The position numbers and the translations under genes are program-made. Source: Raja brachyura (taxonomy: Eukaryota). From it: DNA of 64,000 bases. Shown in pieces: positions 1-13,199 of this stretch (positions within the stretch are counted from its first letter, which is position 1; each line of letters opens with the position of its first letter). The notes beneath the pieces are model-generated. The model worked only from the letters and a program-made list of their open reading frames with translations, was not told the origin of the DNA and searched no databases. The DNA lies in contig OY740803.1 of NCBI GenBank assembly GCA_963514005.1, positions 43,648,001 to 43,712,000 on the forward strand. The letters are read 5' to 3'.

Positions 1-162
1 GGGAGGCAATAAAGCCTTTTTTTATTGCGTAGAAGCGCAACTAGTTTATTTTCCATGGGTCATTCAGATTAAAGTGATCGTTTCCACTTAATAAAGCATT
101 CTTAATGTAGAAATAAAGCCACAATCTGTATCTCTAGAATGTACTCAAAAAAATCTCGGGAT

Positions 163-260
163 CAGTCTGAAGAAGGGTCTTGACCCGAAACGTCACCTAT
201 TCCTTCGCTCCACAGATGCTGCCTCACCCGCTGAGTTTCTCCAGCATTTCTGTCTACCTT
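163..260 (+). mobile_element. Penelope-like element (PLE) terminal-repeat fragment with minimal hammerhead motif
   Basis: gtCTGAAGA-a-gggtc-tt-gaccc-GAAA-cGTC followed by the recurrent cctattcc...gatgctgcc...ctgagtttctccagca tail; flanked by ct(c/t)gggat repeats. Confidence 0.75.
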
Positions 261-1734
261 GGGATTATACTTAATCTGAAGTCTCAGCACCAGTGAAATA
301 TGACTGTAGAATATAAAGCTGAAATTAAATGGACTGCACGTCTTTTAATGCCATCCAAACCAATTAAAAATGATAATTTTATCATTGGTGCAGCTGTAGT
401 CCATATCATGTGGATTGTTTTTTGCCTCAAAGCCAATTACTCACCTGTCTCTTTCTGCTATTGATGTGTTCATTTCCTAGTTTTGTTTTGTGATTTTCCT
501 CCTTGTAATCTAGTAGAATTGAGAAGAGATGTTTCAATTAGTTCACATAAATGTACCTGCTCTTTTGCAAGACCGACTTTATTGCTGTTATAGAGTTCCC
601 ATGATGTACCTACCCTACCTTTCCCCACTCCAATCCCACTGCCAATGTTGAGAGTGACGACTTACTACAGGGATTGAAACATCAAGACACATTAGCTCTA
701 CCTACCCTGCTGCTTAAAATAAATTATTAGAGCTGAAGGAACAAGGTTTACAATAAAGACACAAAGTACTGGATTATCTCAGCGGGTCAGGCAGCACATG
801 TGGAAAACGTTTCTTTGGACCCTTACGAGTGGTGGTGAGGGAAATAAAGCTGGAAGTAAAGAGGGGCAGGACTAAGCCTGGCGGCAAATATTCTTCCAGT
901 ATTGGTATGTTTGTTGTCTCTCCTGTTAAGAAGCTGTTCTTATCCCCAATGGTCTTATAAAGTAGTCAGGTTACATGTAATACAATCCTGCCGCATGGTA
1001 GAATGCATGAGAGGAGACAGGAAAATAACTATATTTTCACCATCTACCCTCCTTTCCCCTCCCCCATCACCCCCCCCCCGCCCCCCCACCCCCGCCACCG
1101 CTGAATGAAATAATTGGAGAAGCCATACCTATTAACCAGGGTTCTGACCCTAAACGACCCTGATCCAGAGATGTTGCGTGACCAGCTGAGTTACTCCAGC
1201 ATTCTGTGTCGATATACGTTATAAGCCAGCATCTGCATTTCTTTCCTATCATCCAACTCAGTCAGATACCTAAGTATCAAAAATATATGTTCATGAATAT
1301 ATCTGATTTAAAAAAAAAATAAATGGAGGGATTAGAATTCAACAAATCCCATCGATGTTATTCAAATAAACTCCCAGTAGCCGGGGGATTGCTTGGATTG
1401 GGCACGGCTGGAGGCTCTGCAAAGGCCAAGCGGTGGGATCCGACACGGCACGGAGTGGTGGTAAAGGACACCAACAATATCACCAGGTCAATCCCTGCAA
1501 CGGCGACTTAGTGCTGCCTCCAGGCGTCTCTAAATTCTGCCTGGGTGAAGTCTACTATTTTTGCACTACAACCGGTGTACTTTATACTTACGTATGAGTG
1601 TGCTTATATAGTATGAACATTTAAAATTGTATGCAAAACAAAAAACTCCACTGTATCTAGGTAAATGTGTTAATAAGGTGTATTGCGCTATTGATAAATG
1701 GATGAGCAGGTTCAAGGGTTTTGAATCCCAAACT

Positions 1735-2036
1735 TTATTAAAGGGTATTTTTATACATTTTGGTTTCACCATGTAGAAATTACAGCTGTGTTTATACATA
1801 GTCCCCCCCCCCCCCCCCCCCCCATTTCAGGGCACCATAATGTTTGGGGGACATGGCTTCACAGGAGTTTGTAGTTGCTCAAGTGTGTTTCATTGCCGCC
1901 TCAATGCAGGTTTAAGAGAACTCTCAATGTGCACTTCAACCACGTGATTTTTTTCTATTACAAATGTCAAATTGTGGAGCACAGAGCCAATTAAATAAAT
2001 GATGGGTCTTTGTTCCAAACATTATGGAGGGCACTG
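1735..2036 (+). mobile_element. Internally deleted Tc1-family derivative (same family as 34520-36276)
   Basis: Matches the left sub-terminal region and the right TIR (...caaacattatggagggcactg-TA) of the larger Tc1 copy. Confidence 0.85.
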
Positions 2037-2792
2037 TATTAATGTACCCGACAGCCAGCTACCGGAGGAGTTAAAGTTTACTTTGTCGAATTCCAAATAA
2101 ACTCTTTTACTTCTAACTCAGAAACTGTGTAAGCTTATCTGAGGGCAAACTTGGTATTGCATTTAAACAAAGTGGTGAAATTTATGATTGGTACATTCGG
2201 TTCTAATATTTTACAGTGTTGATTTAACTTCAGATAAGTATTTATGTGACAAGGAAGTGCAAGTATTAATGGCAAAATTTGTTCTTTAATTTTTTTTTAG
2301 TTAGGTGAAAATTAATGTTGTAAAGAAAGCAATCTATTTTTACTGAGTATAAAGGAAAACGTTCCCTTTTGCATAAGGTGTTATTCGGATAGAAATATCT
2401 ACAAAATTGAATTGGAGTGACCTTCAAAAATCATTTAAATGAAGTGTGAACAACGGGGTCAAAGCTATTTTGATACTACCACAAGCAACCAACTGTGGTT
2501 GACAAATTTTACTTGTTACATTAAGTAATACATTCAACACATCTCCATATACGCACAATGATTTTGACCTTGATGGGTTATTTTAAAGAGTTTTTTTTGC
2601 GTAAGATGAAGTGCAACGTTCACATTTTTCACGTTCACTCATAAAAAAGGCTTGCATGGTAATTGAATATTTCATTATGTTGATGAAATAACTGTTTTCA
2701 CTTTTTAATTATTGACCTGCCAAGTGAGATTTTAAACTGGAAACTGGTATGAGGCGATGCATTATTTCTTGCCTTCGATGGATGAAATCCAG

Positions 2793-3005
2793 AGTTTAGT
2801 TTAGAGATTCAGCGCGAAAACAGGCCTTTCAGCCCATCGAGGCCACCCCAACCAGCGATCCCCGCACTTTAACAGTTTCTTACACTGGGGACAATTTTTA
2901 CATTTATACCAAGCCAATTAACCTACAAACCTGTACTCCTTTATAATGTGGGAGGAAACTGAAGTTCTCTGAGAAAATCCACTCGGGTCACGAGGAGAAG
3001 GTACA
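2793..3005 (-). mobile_element. tRNA-derived V-SINE (HE1-like), 3' part
   Basis: Reverse complement of the SINE core (tgtgggaggaaac) and of the (aaact)n tail. Confidence 0.8.
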
Positions 3006-3009
3006 AGCA

Positions 3010-3300
3010 GGGCGGCATGGTGGCGTAGCGATTGAGCTATTTCCTCGCGGCATCAGAGGCCCTGGTTCGATCCTGACTACGGGTGATTGTCTGTATGGAG
3101 TTTGTATGTTCTCTGTGATCTGCGCGGGTTTTCTCCGGGTGCTCTGGTTTCCTCCCACACTCTAAAGAAGTACAGGTTTGTAGGTTGAATGGCTTGTTAT
3201 AAATGCAAGTTGTCCCTCGTGCGTGTAGGATAGCGTTAGTGTGCGGGGATCGCTGGTCGACGCTGACACGGTGGGCCGAAGGGCCTGATTCCGTGCAAAA
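3010..3300 (+). mobile_element. tRNA-derived V-SINE (HE1-like)
   Basis: A-box ggtggcgtagcg, B-box ggttcgatcc, V-core ggtttcctcccaca, CR1-like 3' end gggccgaagggcctg. Confidence 0.85.
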
Positions 3301-3789
3301 CTCCAGACAAAAATACAGCCAAGCAGCCATGGCCAAGAGCGAACCGGGTCTCTGGCACTATAAGCGCTCTAAGGCAGCAACTCTACCACTGTGCTGCATT
3401 TGCAGAATGCAAGATGTTCACTGTATCAAGAGCTTTTTTTCTGAAAATGCACATAAATCTTGGCATTATGTACTGTCACTTCTTTCCTGGTGTGAAAGAA
3501 GTTCTAGTATTTGTGTTATTTAGTTCAGTATACTTCAGAATCTAGCACTCTAAGCGAACAGAGTGCTGGTACGGGATACTGAGTTGGATGATCAGCCATG
3601 ATCATATTGAATGGCGGTGCAGGCTCGAAGGGCCGAATGGCCTATTCCTGCACCTAATTTCTATGTTTCTATGTAACAGCTTCTGTAGTTGTGGAAATAT
3701 CACTTCAAGCTTTAGCTTTTAAAAACATTTTTTCCAAATGTCCATTTCGGTGAGGAGCATGGTTTATCCAACAGACCATCCTGGAAATA

Positions 3790-3922
3790 TGTGTAGGAAA
3801 GAACTGCAGATGCTGGTTTAAATCGAAGGTAGACACAAAATGCTGGAGTAATTCAGCGGGACAGGCAGCATGTCTGGAGAGAAGGAATGGGTGACGTTTC
3901 GGATTGAGACCCTTCTTCAGAC
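3790..3922 (-). mobile_element. PLE terminal-repeat fragment with hammerhead motif
   Basis: aggaaagaactgcagatgctgg...gtgacgtttcggattgagacccttcttcagac is the reverse complement of the hammerhead-bearing unit. Confidence 0.75.
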
Positions 3923-4057
3923 AACTTCTTCAGACGTTACTCCTATTCAATGTTATGTTTCCTCATGTTCAGCTGCTCCTCAATATTGTCAGCATTCAGG
4001 TTTTCACCTCTGTTTGCTGCCGTTTCTGCCAGACCTGCTGCTGAAACTTGTTATTGT

Positions 4058-4540
4058 GGGAGTGCAGCGAAGGTTTACGAGGTTAATTCCCGGGATGGCG
4101 GTACTGTCATATATTGAAAGAATGGAGCGACTGGGCATGTATACACTGGAATTTAGAAGGATGAGAGGGAATATTGTTGAAACGTATATGATTATTATGG
4201 GATTGGACACGCTAGAGGCAGGAAACATGTTCCCGATGTTGAGGGTGTCCAGAACCAGGGGTCACATTTTAAGAATAAGGGATAGGCCATTTAGAACGGA
4301 GATGAAGGAAAAACATTTTCACCCAGAGAGATGTGAATCTGTGGAATTCTCTGCCTCAGGGGAGGTCAATTCTCTGAATGCTTTCAAGAGAGAGTTAGCT
4401 AGAGCACTTAAAGATAGTGGAGTCAAGGGATATGGGGAGAAGGCAGGAACGGGGTACTGATTGTGGATGATCAGCCATGATCATAGCGAGTGGCGGTGCT
4501 GGCTCGAAGGGCTGAATGGCCTGCCCCTGCACCTATTGTC
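4058..4540 (+). mobile_element. CR1 LINE 3' fragment
   Basis: Translates GVQRRFTRLIPGM...LEFRRMRG...GYGEKAG; 3' UTR gatcagccatgatc...gaagggctgaatggcct. Confidence 0.9.
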
Positions 4541-6951
4541 AACTTCTTCCTTTTCACTGAGTTTATCATTTCTTTCGGCAGAGCTTTTGCCCCATAATCA
4601 GCATGATCAACATTTCTGTAACTATTTTATGAACAACATCCAGAATTGTTAACAGCTGACTTGTCCAGTTGTAACATTTTTGTTTAAGTCAGCCATCTGG
4701 ATGAAGTGTTAACATTTGTCTGCACCCCTGGAATGTCAGAAAGAAATCTTGGCCTGTTCAGATGCTGGTGTAGCTTGACCTTGTGGGTAATTGAATCATT
4801 CCCACATTTGTTTAGTGATACAGTGCGGAACCAGACCCTTCGGCCCACTGTGTCCGAGCCGACCGCTATCCCCTACACTAGCACTATCCTACCCACTCGG
4901 GACCGTTTACGATCTTTACTGAGCCAATTAACCTAAAAACCTTAACGCCTTTGAAGTGTGGGGGGAAGCCGGAGCACCCAGGAAAAACCTACGCGGTCAC
5001 GCCATGGAGATAGCACCCGGAGTCTGGATCGAACCTGGGTCTCTGGTGGTAGAAGGCAACAACGCTATCACTATGCCACCGTGCCCCTGTTGCCTTGTCT
5101 AAATCCTCATAGGTTGCTGTCTTCACTGAATTTGCTAATCGATCCATCACATGAAGAGCTAATTGTGTAAGAGATCAGTAATGCTTGTTTAAGTCATGAA
5201 CCATTTGCTCATTTTTACAGTATTCTGTTGAGAACCTTTTTATAAATAGTACCTTTATTCAGCTTTTTAAGCACTAGTTTATCTTCAATAGACAAAACCA
5301 CATTTTTATTTGGCTAAGTTACTCCAGCATTTTGTGTCTATCTTTGATTTAAACCAGCATCTGCAGTTCTTTATTACAGATTTTTATTTACATTTACAAA
5401 TATTTGCAAATGCCTTTAACATGTTGTGCCTCTGTAGTTATTTCCCAAACCTACTATACACGAAAGATAATATTAAAATTATTTCTGTGCTCTTATTGGT
5501 GTTTTCTTTGGAGGCTCTCTGGAGGTCACTTTTTGCTTGGAAATGTGATCCCCACTGCACAGCCAACCTGTACATCAGCAACTTAGCTGCTGGATAATCG
5601 CGATACAACTGCTTACTGTTGAGGCAAAAAAATTAGGTCAGCCTTGTCCACCAACACAATCAAAGAACAATTCCAGGATAGCAAACAGAAAATCTTCATA
5701 AGTATTACAGATCAGTAGATTGGGGCCATCCAAGATTCATTCAAAAATAACGAGCTCTAGAGGCGGGTTCAAAAGTGACATTTAAAAGACATTTTAAACC
5801 AGTTACAATGGATAGGAAAGGTTGTAGTTCTAGAGATGCAGGGTGGAAACGGCTCCTTTGGCCCTCCGAGTCAATGCCTGCCATCAATCACTCATACACC
5901 GATTCTATCCTCCACACTAGGGACAATCTACATAAGCAAATTAACCGTCAAACCTGCACATCTTTGGAATTTGGGAGGAAACCGGAGCACTCGGTGAAAA
6001 CCCGCATGGTCATAGGGAGAATAGACAGCACCATGTGGTCAGCATTAAACCCGGGTTTCAGGTGGTGTAAGGCAGCAACTCCACTGCTGTGCCCCCCCCC
6101 CACCCCAGTGCCCAGAGAAATATGCACTAAATGCAGGAAGATAGGACCAGTGCAGCTATTAAACCTGGTCAGCATGGAGATGTTGGGCTGAAGGGCCTGC
6201 TTCTGCGATACATGACTATTATGTATGTAAAGGACTTATTCAATTTCTAGTCCAGTATTTAAATACCTTCCAAATTACTTTTCTGATTTTTCTTCCCTTC
6301 CATTTCTTTTGCTTTTCTATTCTGTTCTTTGTCCTGTCTGAATAACTTGCTCGTTCATTTAATCATATACATTTTTTAATAACTAGGTAAGAGGGATTCA
6401 AGGATTTAGGATCATTTCTGCGAAGCAGTTGCATCTAGAGACGCCACAAATTTTCTTGATATAACTTGGCCCAAATCCAGTTGCTAAGAAGCATCCATCG
6501 AAAAAAATTCCAAGCCTTGCAATCTGACTTGGGAGAGTCAGTCAGAATTGAGACATTGTTGCATAGAATATACCTGAAATGATAGACAGAAATTGCTGCA
6601 GTAGCTCAGCGGGTCAGGCAGCATCTCTGGAGAAAATGGATTGGTGACCTTTCGGGTTGGGACCCTTTCCTCATTCTGTGAACTTGTATCCATCAAGTTT
6701 CCACAAAACATCAATGAAATGAATTAACAGAGAATTTTTGAGATGTCGATTGAAGGATGAATGTCAGTCACGGACTCAAAGCAAAAAAACCTTTGCAATA
6801 AAGTTTCTTTGACTTTGACTTTGCCTCTCAGGCAGTTCAACGGGAACCTTAACATTCACTTGCGAGAAACCAGTCAGGGTCCTAACGTGACATCTCACGC
6901 AAAAGATGCCACCTCTATGCCATGTAATTGAACTCTTAACCAAGAATATTA

Positions 6952-7130
6952 CTGTAAGGAAGATGGGCACAAAATGCTGGAGTAACTCAGCGGGACAGGC
7001 AGCATCTCTGGATCTCGACCCCAAACGGCACCCATTCCTTCTATCCAGAGATGCGGCCTGCACTGCTGAATTACTCCAGCATTTTGTCTCTATCTTTGGT
7101 GCAAACCAGTATCTGCAGTTCTTTCCTACA
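6952..7130. mobile_element. Fold-back (inverted) PLE-repeat insertion
   Basis: caaaatgctggagtaactcagc...gcatctctgga is inverted against tccagagatgc...gctgaattactccagcattttg. Confidence 0.75.
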
Positions 7131-7733
7131 ATGAACCATTCATGTCTCCTCATATCTTGGCTCCCCCCACCCAGTTCATTCCTACATATTACTGCAAGGC
7201 CAAGACAACGGTGATGGGAGCTGTGAAGATGCTGATAATTCTTTCCAGGAGTGCGTCCAGGTCTGCAGTCTAAATGTGGGAAGAACTATATCTTTCATGT
7301 CGCCAGCACACCCTTTATCATTGTTTCTTAATGCAACTAAATCCCATTCATTCCCTTCATATGCCTGCAGGGATTGCACCCTGACCAGGTTTCCTGCCGT
7401 TGCTTGCTCCTGCTGTGAATTGAGTAGAATTGTTCATCCATAAAGAATAAAACTAATCCTTTAGAAATGTACCCTCTGTAGAACCTTGGCTGTCCTATAG
7501 ATTCTGTAATGAAAATAAATACAAGAGATTAATTGCAGCAAACATCTTAAGATATCAGGAAAGTGAGGGACAGACTGCTGGGGAAAGTGCAAAGGAAAAC
7601 TGCCAGCATAATTTATACTGCAAGTTGAATCAACTTTCTTAATTAAAATGCAGAAGATGTTTTTATGGAAATAATGTTCAATTATTCACACAGTCCATGT
7701 TCACACATTTCACCCAGGAAGAAAAATACAGTA

Positions 7734-8399
7734 CCGTATTTCCCGGCAATGAAGACGCACCCCCAAGTTAAGTTACTAAATATTGAAAAAAGGATGGCAG
7801 GATAGGATCAAGGGTTTGTTTTAGTCCAGGGGTCGGCAACATCGCCTGCGTGCCCCGGGACTGGCTGCAGATTCCTCGCGTCCCCGGGACTGGCTATAGC
7901 GCCCAGGTAGCCATCCCTGGGGCTGAGGGAGAGAGAGCCCGGGACGGAGCAGCTAGCCTTCCGCCCAGTAGCTACCCGCCATCCACCACCTCCACTGGTT
8001 GCGCCTGTGCCAAAGGACACCGTGGCAGGCAGGCAGAAGGCACTGAGGTGGCGGCCGATTCCACTGTCCGGTCCCGGTGGCCGCTCGCAGCCACTCGAGC
8101 TACTTCCCTCACTGATCCAGACTCCCCACATGCTGTGAATGGAAGTCACCCCCCCCAGCGGCGCTGTCCTTTTATAGCTGCTTCCCACTTTACAGCCGCT
8201 CCCCATCAGCTGCCAGCAATGAGGGATAGACTTGGCTATCCCTCAGTTCAGCAACATTGTTCTTGATGTTGTGGTACTGAGGGATAGCCACATCTATCTC
8301 TCTTGGCTAACAACCTAACCTTCAGCCTCCAAGACGCAGGTAAATTTTCAGGCCTTATTTTTGGGTAAAAAATAGCGTCTTCATTGCCTGAAAATACGA
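7734..8399. mobile_element. Non-autonomous Tc1/mariner-superfamily (Tc2-like) DNA element
   Basis: TA-flanked TIRs ccgtatttcccggcaatgaagacgc / gcgtcttcattgcctgaaaatacga; GC-rich non-coding interior. Confidence 0.8.
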
Positions 8400-10538
8400 T
8401 AATTATAATTAATTTGAATAGTCCTCTTTTAAACTTTAATAATTCATCTTTGCTTGGCCTGTGTTCCACAACAACTTACACTGTGCTATGCTCAGTTACA
8501 AATATTTTCAAATTTTACATCTAATAGGGTGGTGGGTCAGAGCTGCCAGAGAAGCTAGTGGTAGCAGGAACTATAACAGCATTTAAAAGACACTTGGCCA
8601 GGTACATGGGTATGTAAGGTTTTGAGGGATACGGGCCAAACACACTCAAATAGGACTAGCTGATTTAGGGCAGCATGGACAAGTTGGGCAGAAGGACTTG
8701 GTTCTGTTCTGTAGGACTCGATGACTCTAATTGTGCATTTGATTTTTTTTTGTACTTATGCAGTCAGATTATAATGATTTGGAGTGCGTTATTGTACTTT
8801 TCCTTGGCCATTTAATTAAAATTTATCACTGTTACTTTGAGCTTTCAGGCATTAATAGAACCCATTAGCATTTAATTGAAATTGTAGCACCGAATACTTT
8901 TTAGGTCTGAAGTGTCTGAAGGCAAATTTTCTATTTTGATATTTAATAATTTTTATTTTAATAAGTGAGAATGATGCTATAATGGGGACATAGTCATAAA
9001 TATCTGAACTTTGGCAGCCTTAAATCATGTGTTTCTAAGTGAAATGGTGATAATGTTGAGATACTTAAACAGTTCTGTTCAACGATGCTTGGTAAAGTAA
9101 GGTTCATTGGTATTAATCCTGTTCTTTTCTGAGGCCATTTATTTTATTTAGCAACATGCCACAAGCATTGGGGTCACAACAAGCCCGAACATTCATTGCT
9201 TTTATTTATTGCCCATGGTAGCACTTGTAAACAGGTAGTTTACTTTGACAGTCAGTTCTACAGCTTGGTACATTTTTCAGTACTAATAGAGTAGTCTGAA
9301 GAAGGGTCCTGACCCGAAATGTCACCTATCCAAGTTCTCGACAAATGCTACCTGACCCGCTGAGTTACTCCAGCACTTTGTGTCCTGTTTTTCCAATAAA
9401 GTACTGTTGTGTCCAGGTTAAAGACGGTGAACCTTTAGTTATGCAGGTGAGCCCTAGTATGACATGTAGCTTCTTAGGAGTGTGTTATGGTTTTTGAAAG
9501 TTTAATTCTATGAGGTATCTTTAATACTACATGGAAATATCCTTCCTCAAATGAAATATTATTCCTCAGATTGATGCGACCCATATTAATGTTATTGTTG
9601 GTGTATTGAGCAACAACCTGACTGAGGGATGATTGAACTTTAATGGAAGGAAATTTTGAATCTCCATATGGATGTGTGTAGTCACTTCAATGCTGAGCCA
9701 AGCAATGCTTAACACCCAACTGAGAAGGAATAAAAATCCCACACTCTTCTTTACAAATCGCAAAATTCACGTTGAATATCTTCGGGATTCTGTAACTTTT
9801 TAGAAATTTGGTGATGGAGGAAAATGCAAGGTTGTGAACTGTTCATAAATTAAAATATAAAGTGCTGTAACTAATTAGTTGGTGAAATGATCCAGCATCT
9901 GCAGGGTTTTCTTGTTTCATATCCTTTTGCTCTGTTGGAACCGAGGTGTTATGTTACAAGTTAATTGGATTAATTGAATATATCTCTGTTTGAAACTAGA
10001 TGGAATTATTTAATGAAATGCAGAATCTGCATTCAGTTGGCTCTGCTTTTTCCATGAGACTGATGTCAAAAGTTTAAAACATCTTCTCAACACTGACATT
10101 ATAAAACTGTAAAGCAATGAACTTAGGGTACACAAAAGGCTGGAGAAACTCAGCGGGTGCAGCAGCATCTAAGGGGCGAAGGAGATGGGCGATGTTTCGG
10201 GTCGAGACCCTTCTTCAGGCAATGAACATACTTATGGAGGTATTATTGAACTGAATGTTTACTCTCAATTCAGGCTCTCAGTTTTTGTGGGGGAGTGGGG
10301 GAGGGTTTGTGTTGAAATTCACAATTTAATCATTTCACCACTTTTCAGGCAGATATGAACATTTTAGTTAAATTCATTGCTAAAGTTGGATTGTCAGAGA
10401 CCTGAGAAGAGTCTGATGAAAGGTCCCCGACCCTAAACGTCACTCTTCCTTTTTCTCCAGAGATGTTGCCTGACCCGCTGAGTTACTCCAGCATTTGTGT
10501 CTACCTTCAAGAGATCCTCTTATCTTTATCCAATAAAT

Positions 10539-10862
10539 GGGCGGCACGGTGGCGCGGCTGGTAGAGCTGCTGTCCCATAGTGCCAGTGACCCGGGTTTAA
10601 TCCTGACCTCAGGGGCTGGCAGTGGGCAGTTTGCACGTCCTCCCTGTGCTCATGCAGGTTTCCTCCGGGTGCTCCGGTTTCCTCCCACACCCCAAGGACG
10701 TGTGGATTTGTAGGTTAATTAGCCTCTGTAAATTGTCCTTGCTGTGTATGGAATGGGAAAGTGGAAGAACATAGAACTAGTGTGAATAGGTGATCGATGT
10801 TCGGCATGGACTCGGTGGACCGAAGGTCCCAATTCCATGCTGTATCACGAAACTAAACTAAA
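10539..10862 (+). mobile_element. Full-length V-SINE (HE1-like)
   Basis: gggcggcacggtggcgc head, ggtttcctcccaca core, (aaact)n tail. Confidence 0.85.
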
Positions 10863-11348
10863 CTTCAAACATGAGTGACTACAATTTGAGGATTAAAAAT
10901 ATAAGGAGGCAGAAATAGAAAGTGGAAACAAGAGCCCAAAATAATAATTTTAAGGCAGCCAATGTACTTAACTCCAAGCTGTAACCAACTCTTGATTTAA
11001 AACCAATTGCTTGTGGATTAGAATTCTACCTCTAATGTGCTACTTTACAAAATAGTTTGCCATGAAAGCTCTTATAGTTAGGTGCCAATTGAAACGATTC
11101 TTCCTGGACACAATGTATCTTGAGGTATGAGGGAATGAAATATATCATGCTATCATATCTAATTGCTAGATTTTCTTGTTCCTTTTCTAAAAATATCATT
11201 AATCATTCTTAAAGTAATTTACCTTGTCCAAGAATGCTTATTCCTGGTAATATGCTTTGGAGTCACAGTGTTAAACAGTATTTAAATAGGTCCTTTAGTC
11301 CACATTGAACATCAAGCACCCTCTACACTAATCTAACGCTATTGTCAC

Positions 11349-11985
11349 ATCTGACTTCAGAGGTGCTATCAGTCTTTCAAGTGTACTTTTCATAGAATCC
11401 GCTGCCTAGAAATTATTCTGTAAAGAAAGTGCTGTTATTTTTGGGCTTCAAGTACTTTTTTGTCAATTTAAAGATATGGTCTGTGTTGCATTGGCCTTTA
11501 TCACCAAAGGGCTCGGATATGAAGGTAAGGAAGTTACATTCGTTATATAAATCTTGGCACCACGCTTTATGAATGGTAGATTTCCTGGAGAGGGGATGTA
11601 GAGGGGTAATGCTTGTGGGTGCAATAAAGAATTGGCAGGTCTTCGTGGAGAGGGCAAGGAGATGGGACTGGTTGCATTGGTCTTTCTTGCACTGGACTCA
11701 CCAGGCAGAATGACCACCATTCATGCTATAATAATTTAATGAGCAAGGAAGGACCATTGCTTCTTAGTCCCATGCTATCTTGTAAGTCCATGGTGTTTGT
11801 TAGGTAAAAGTGCTAAATAATTTTAGTGTTATTGTATTTTCTCTGATCAGGATAAAATCTATTTTGCATTTTTTTAAAAAGGCAACAATCTTTCGGTCAG
11901 GCAAAATCCTTGGAGAGGGAATAAGAAGATATTTTAGCTTGGTGACTTTTCACCAGATCAGAAATGCTTTTGATGAAACCCCATT
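11349..11985 (+). repeat. Copy 1 of a ~0.65 kb local direct duplication
   Basis: High-identity match to 17548-18222 (atctgacttcagaggtgc...gaaatgcttttgatg). Confidence 0.9.
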
Positions 11986-12074
11986 TTATTCTTTCAGCAT
12001 TCTTATCATCCTATTCCAGATTATTTCACTCACCTACATGCTAGGTAAAATTTATATTGGAGAATTAACCTATT

Positions 12075-12490
12075 TAGAGTTTAGTTTTGGAGATACAGTG
12101 TGGATACGGGCTCTTTGGCCCACTGAATCCACGCCGACCATCGATCACCCATTCACTAGTTCTATCCTACACACTAGGGACAATTTGTAGAAGCCAATGA
12201 ACCTACAGACCCAGAGTGTGGGAGGAAATGGGAGCACCCAGAGCAACCCCACGCGGTCACTGGGAGAATGTGCAGACTCCACACAGGCAGCAGCCGCAGT
12301 CAAGATCGAAGCCGGGTCGCTGGAGCTGTAAGGCAGCAACTCTATCGCTGCACCGCCTTTTGGAAGCGGGAGGAAACCGGAGCAATTACAAGGAGAAAGT
12401 TTAAACTCCCCACAGATAGCAACAGAGGTCAGGATGGAACCCGGGTCACTGGAGCTCGGAGGCAGCAGCTCACTTGCTGAGCCATTGTAT
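12075..12490 (-). mobile_element. Two adjacent V-SINE fragments
   Basis: Reverse-complement SINE tail, core and head motifs (aggcagcaactcta...gctgcacc). Confidence 0.8.
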
Positions 12491-13199
12491 CTGCTCTTCA
12501 CCTGAATGTGTTCCACCTGCTCTTCCCACTTGACTGAGCAGTAAACAATTTGCTGCCAAGGACATTTTTGTTTGATTCAAAATGTAGCTGTTAAGTTTGC
12601 AGTCTTGACGCAGCTTGTTTCTACATTAAATAATCATTACATTTCAAAACTTTTTTGGTTGGCTGAAAGTGATATAAAAAGAAGCAATGCCAGTGCAGGT
12701 CCATCATCTTTTTTTTACCTTGACAGAAAATGTTGCAAGCACCCAGCAGGTCAGGCAGTGTATATGGAAAGAGAAACAGTTAATGCATTCAGGTTCATGA
12801 TATGTTGTTATAACTGGGAAAAGAAATAAAGTTTGCTTTCAATAGCAGTCAAGGTGGGGTAAGGATGGGTAGAACAAACGGGATATTTCTGACCATGTGG
12901 GACCAAGTGAATTTTGTAAGAAGGAACTGTAGTGAAGATAGACACAAAAAGCTGTCGTAACTCAACGGGTCAGGCAGCATCACTGGAGAAAAGGAGTATG
13001 TGATGATTCGGGGCGGAACCTTTCTTCAGACGGTTGACCAAATGAAGTAATGTGATTAGAAGCATATTACGCTGCTTTATGTGTGTGATATGCTGTTATT
13101 AACAAGGCTGTGGCAAGCCAGACCATACCTATTGAAGAGGAAAAACGGAGTCAAAATGATGGCAAACAGAAATGGCCAGTTCTGATACAGAAAGACGAG

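Noticed and set aside
3010-3085. tRNA gene
   Set aside because: The A/B boxes belong to a SINE head followed by V-core and LINE-like tail; no full cloverleaf
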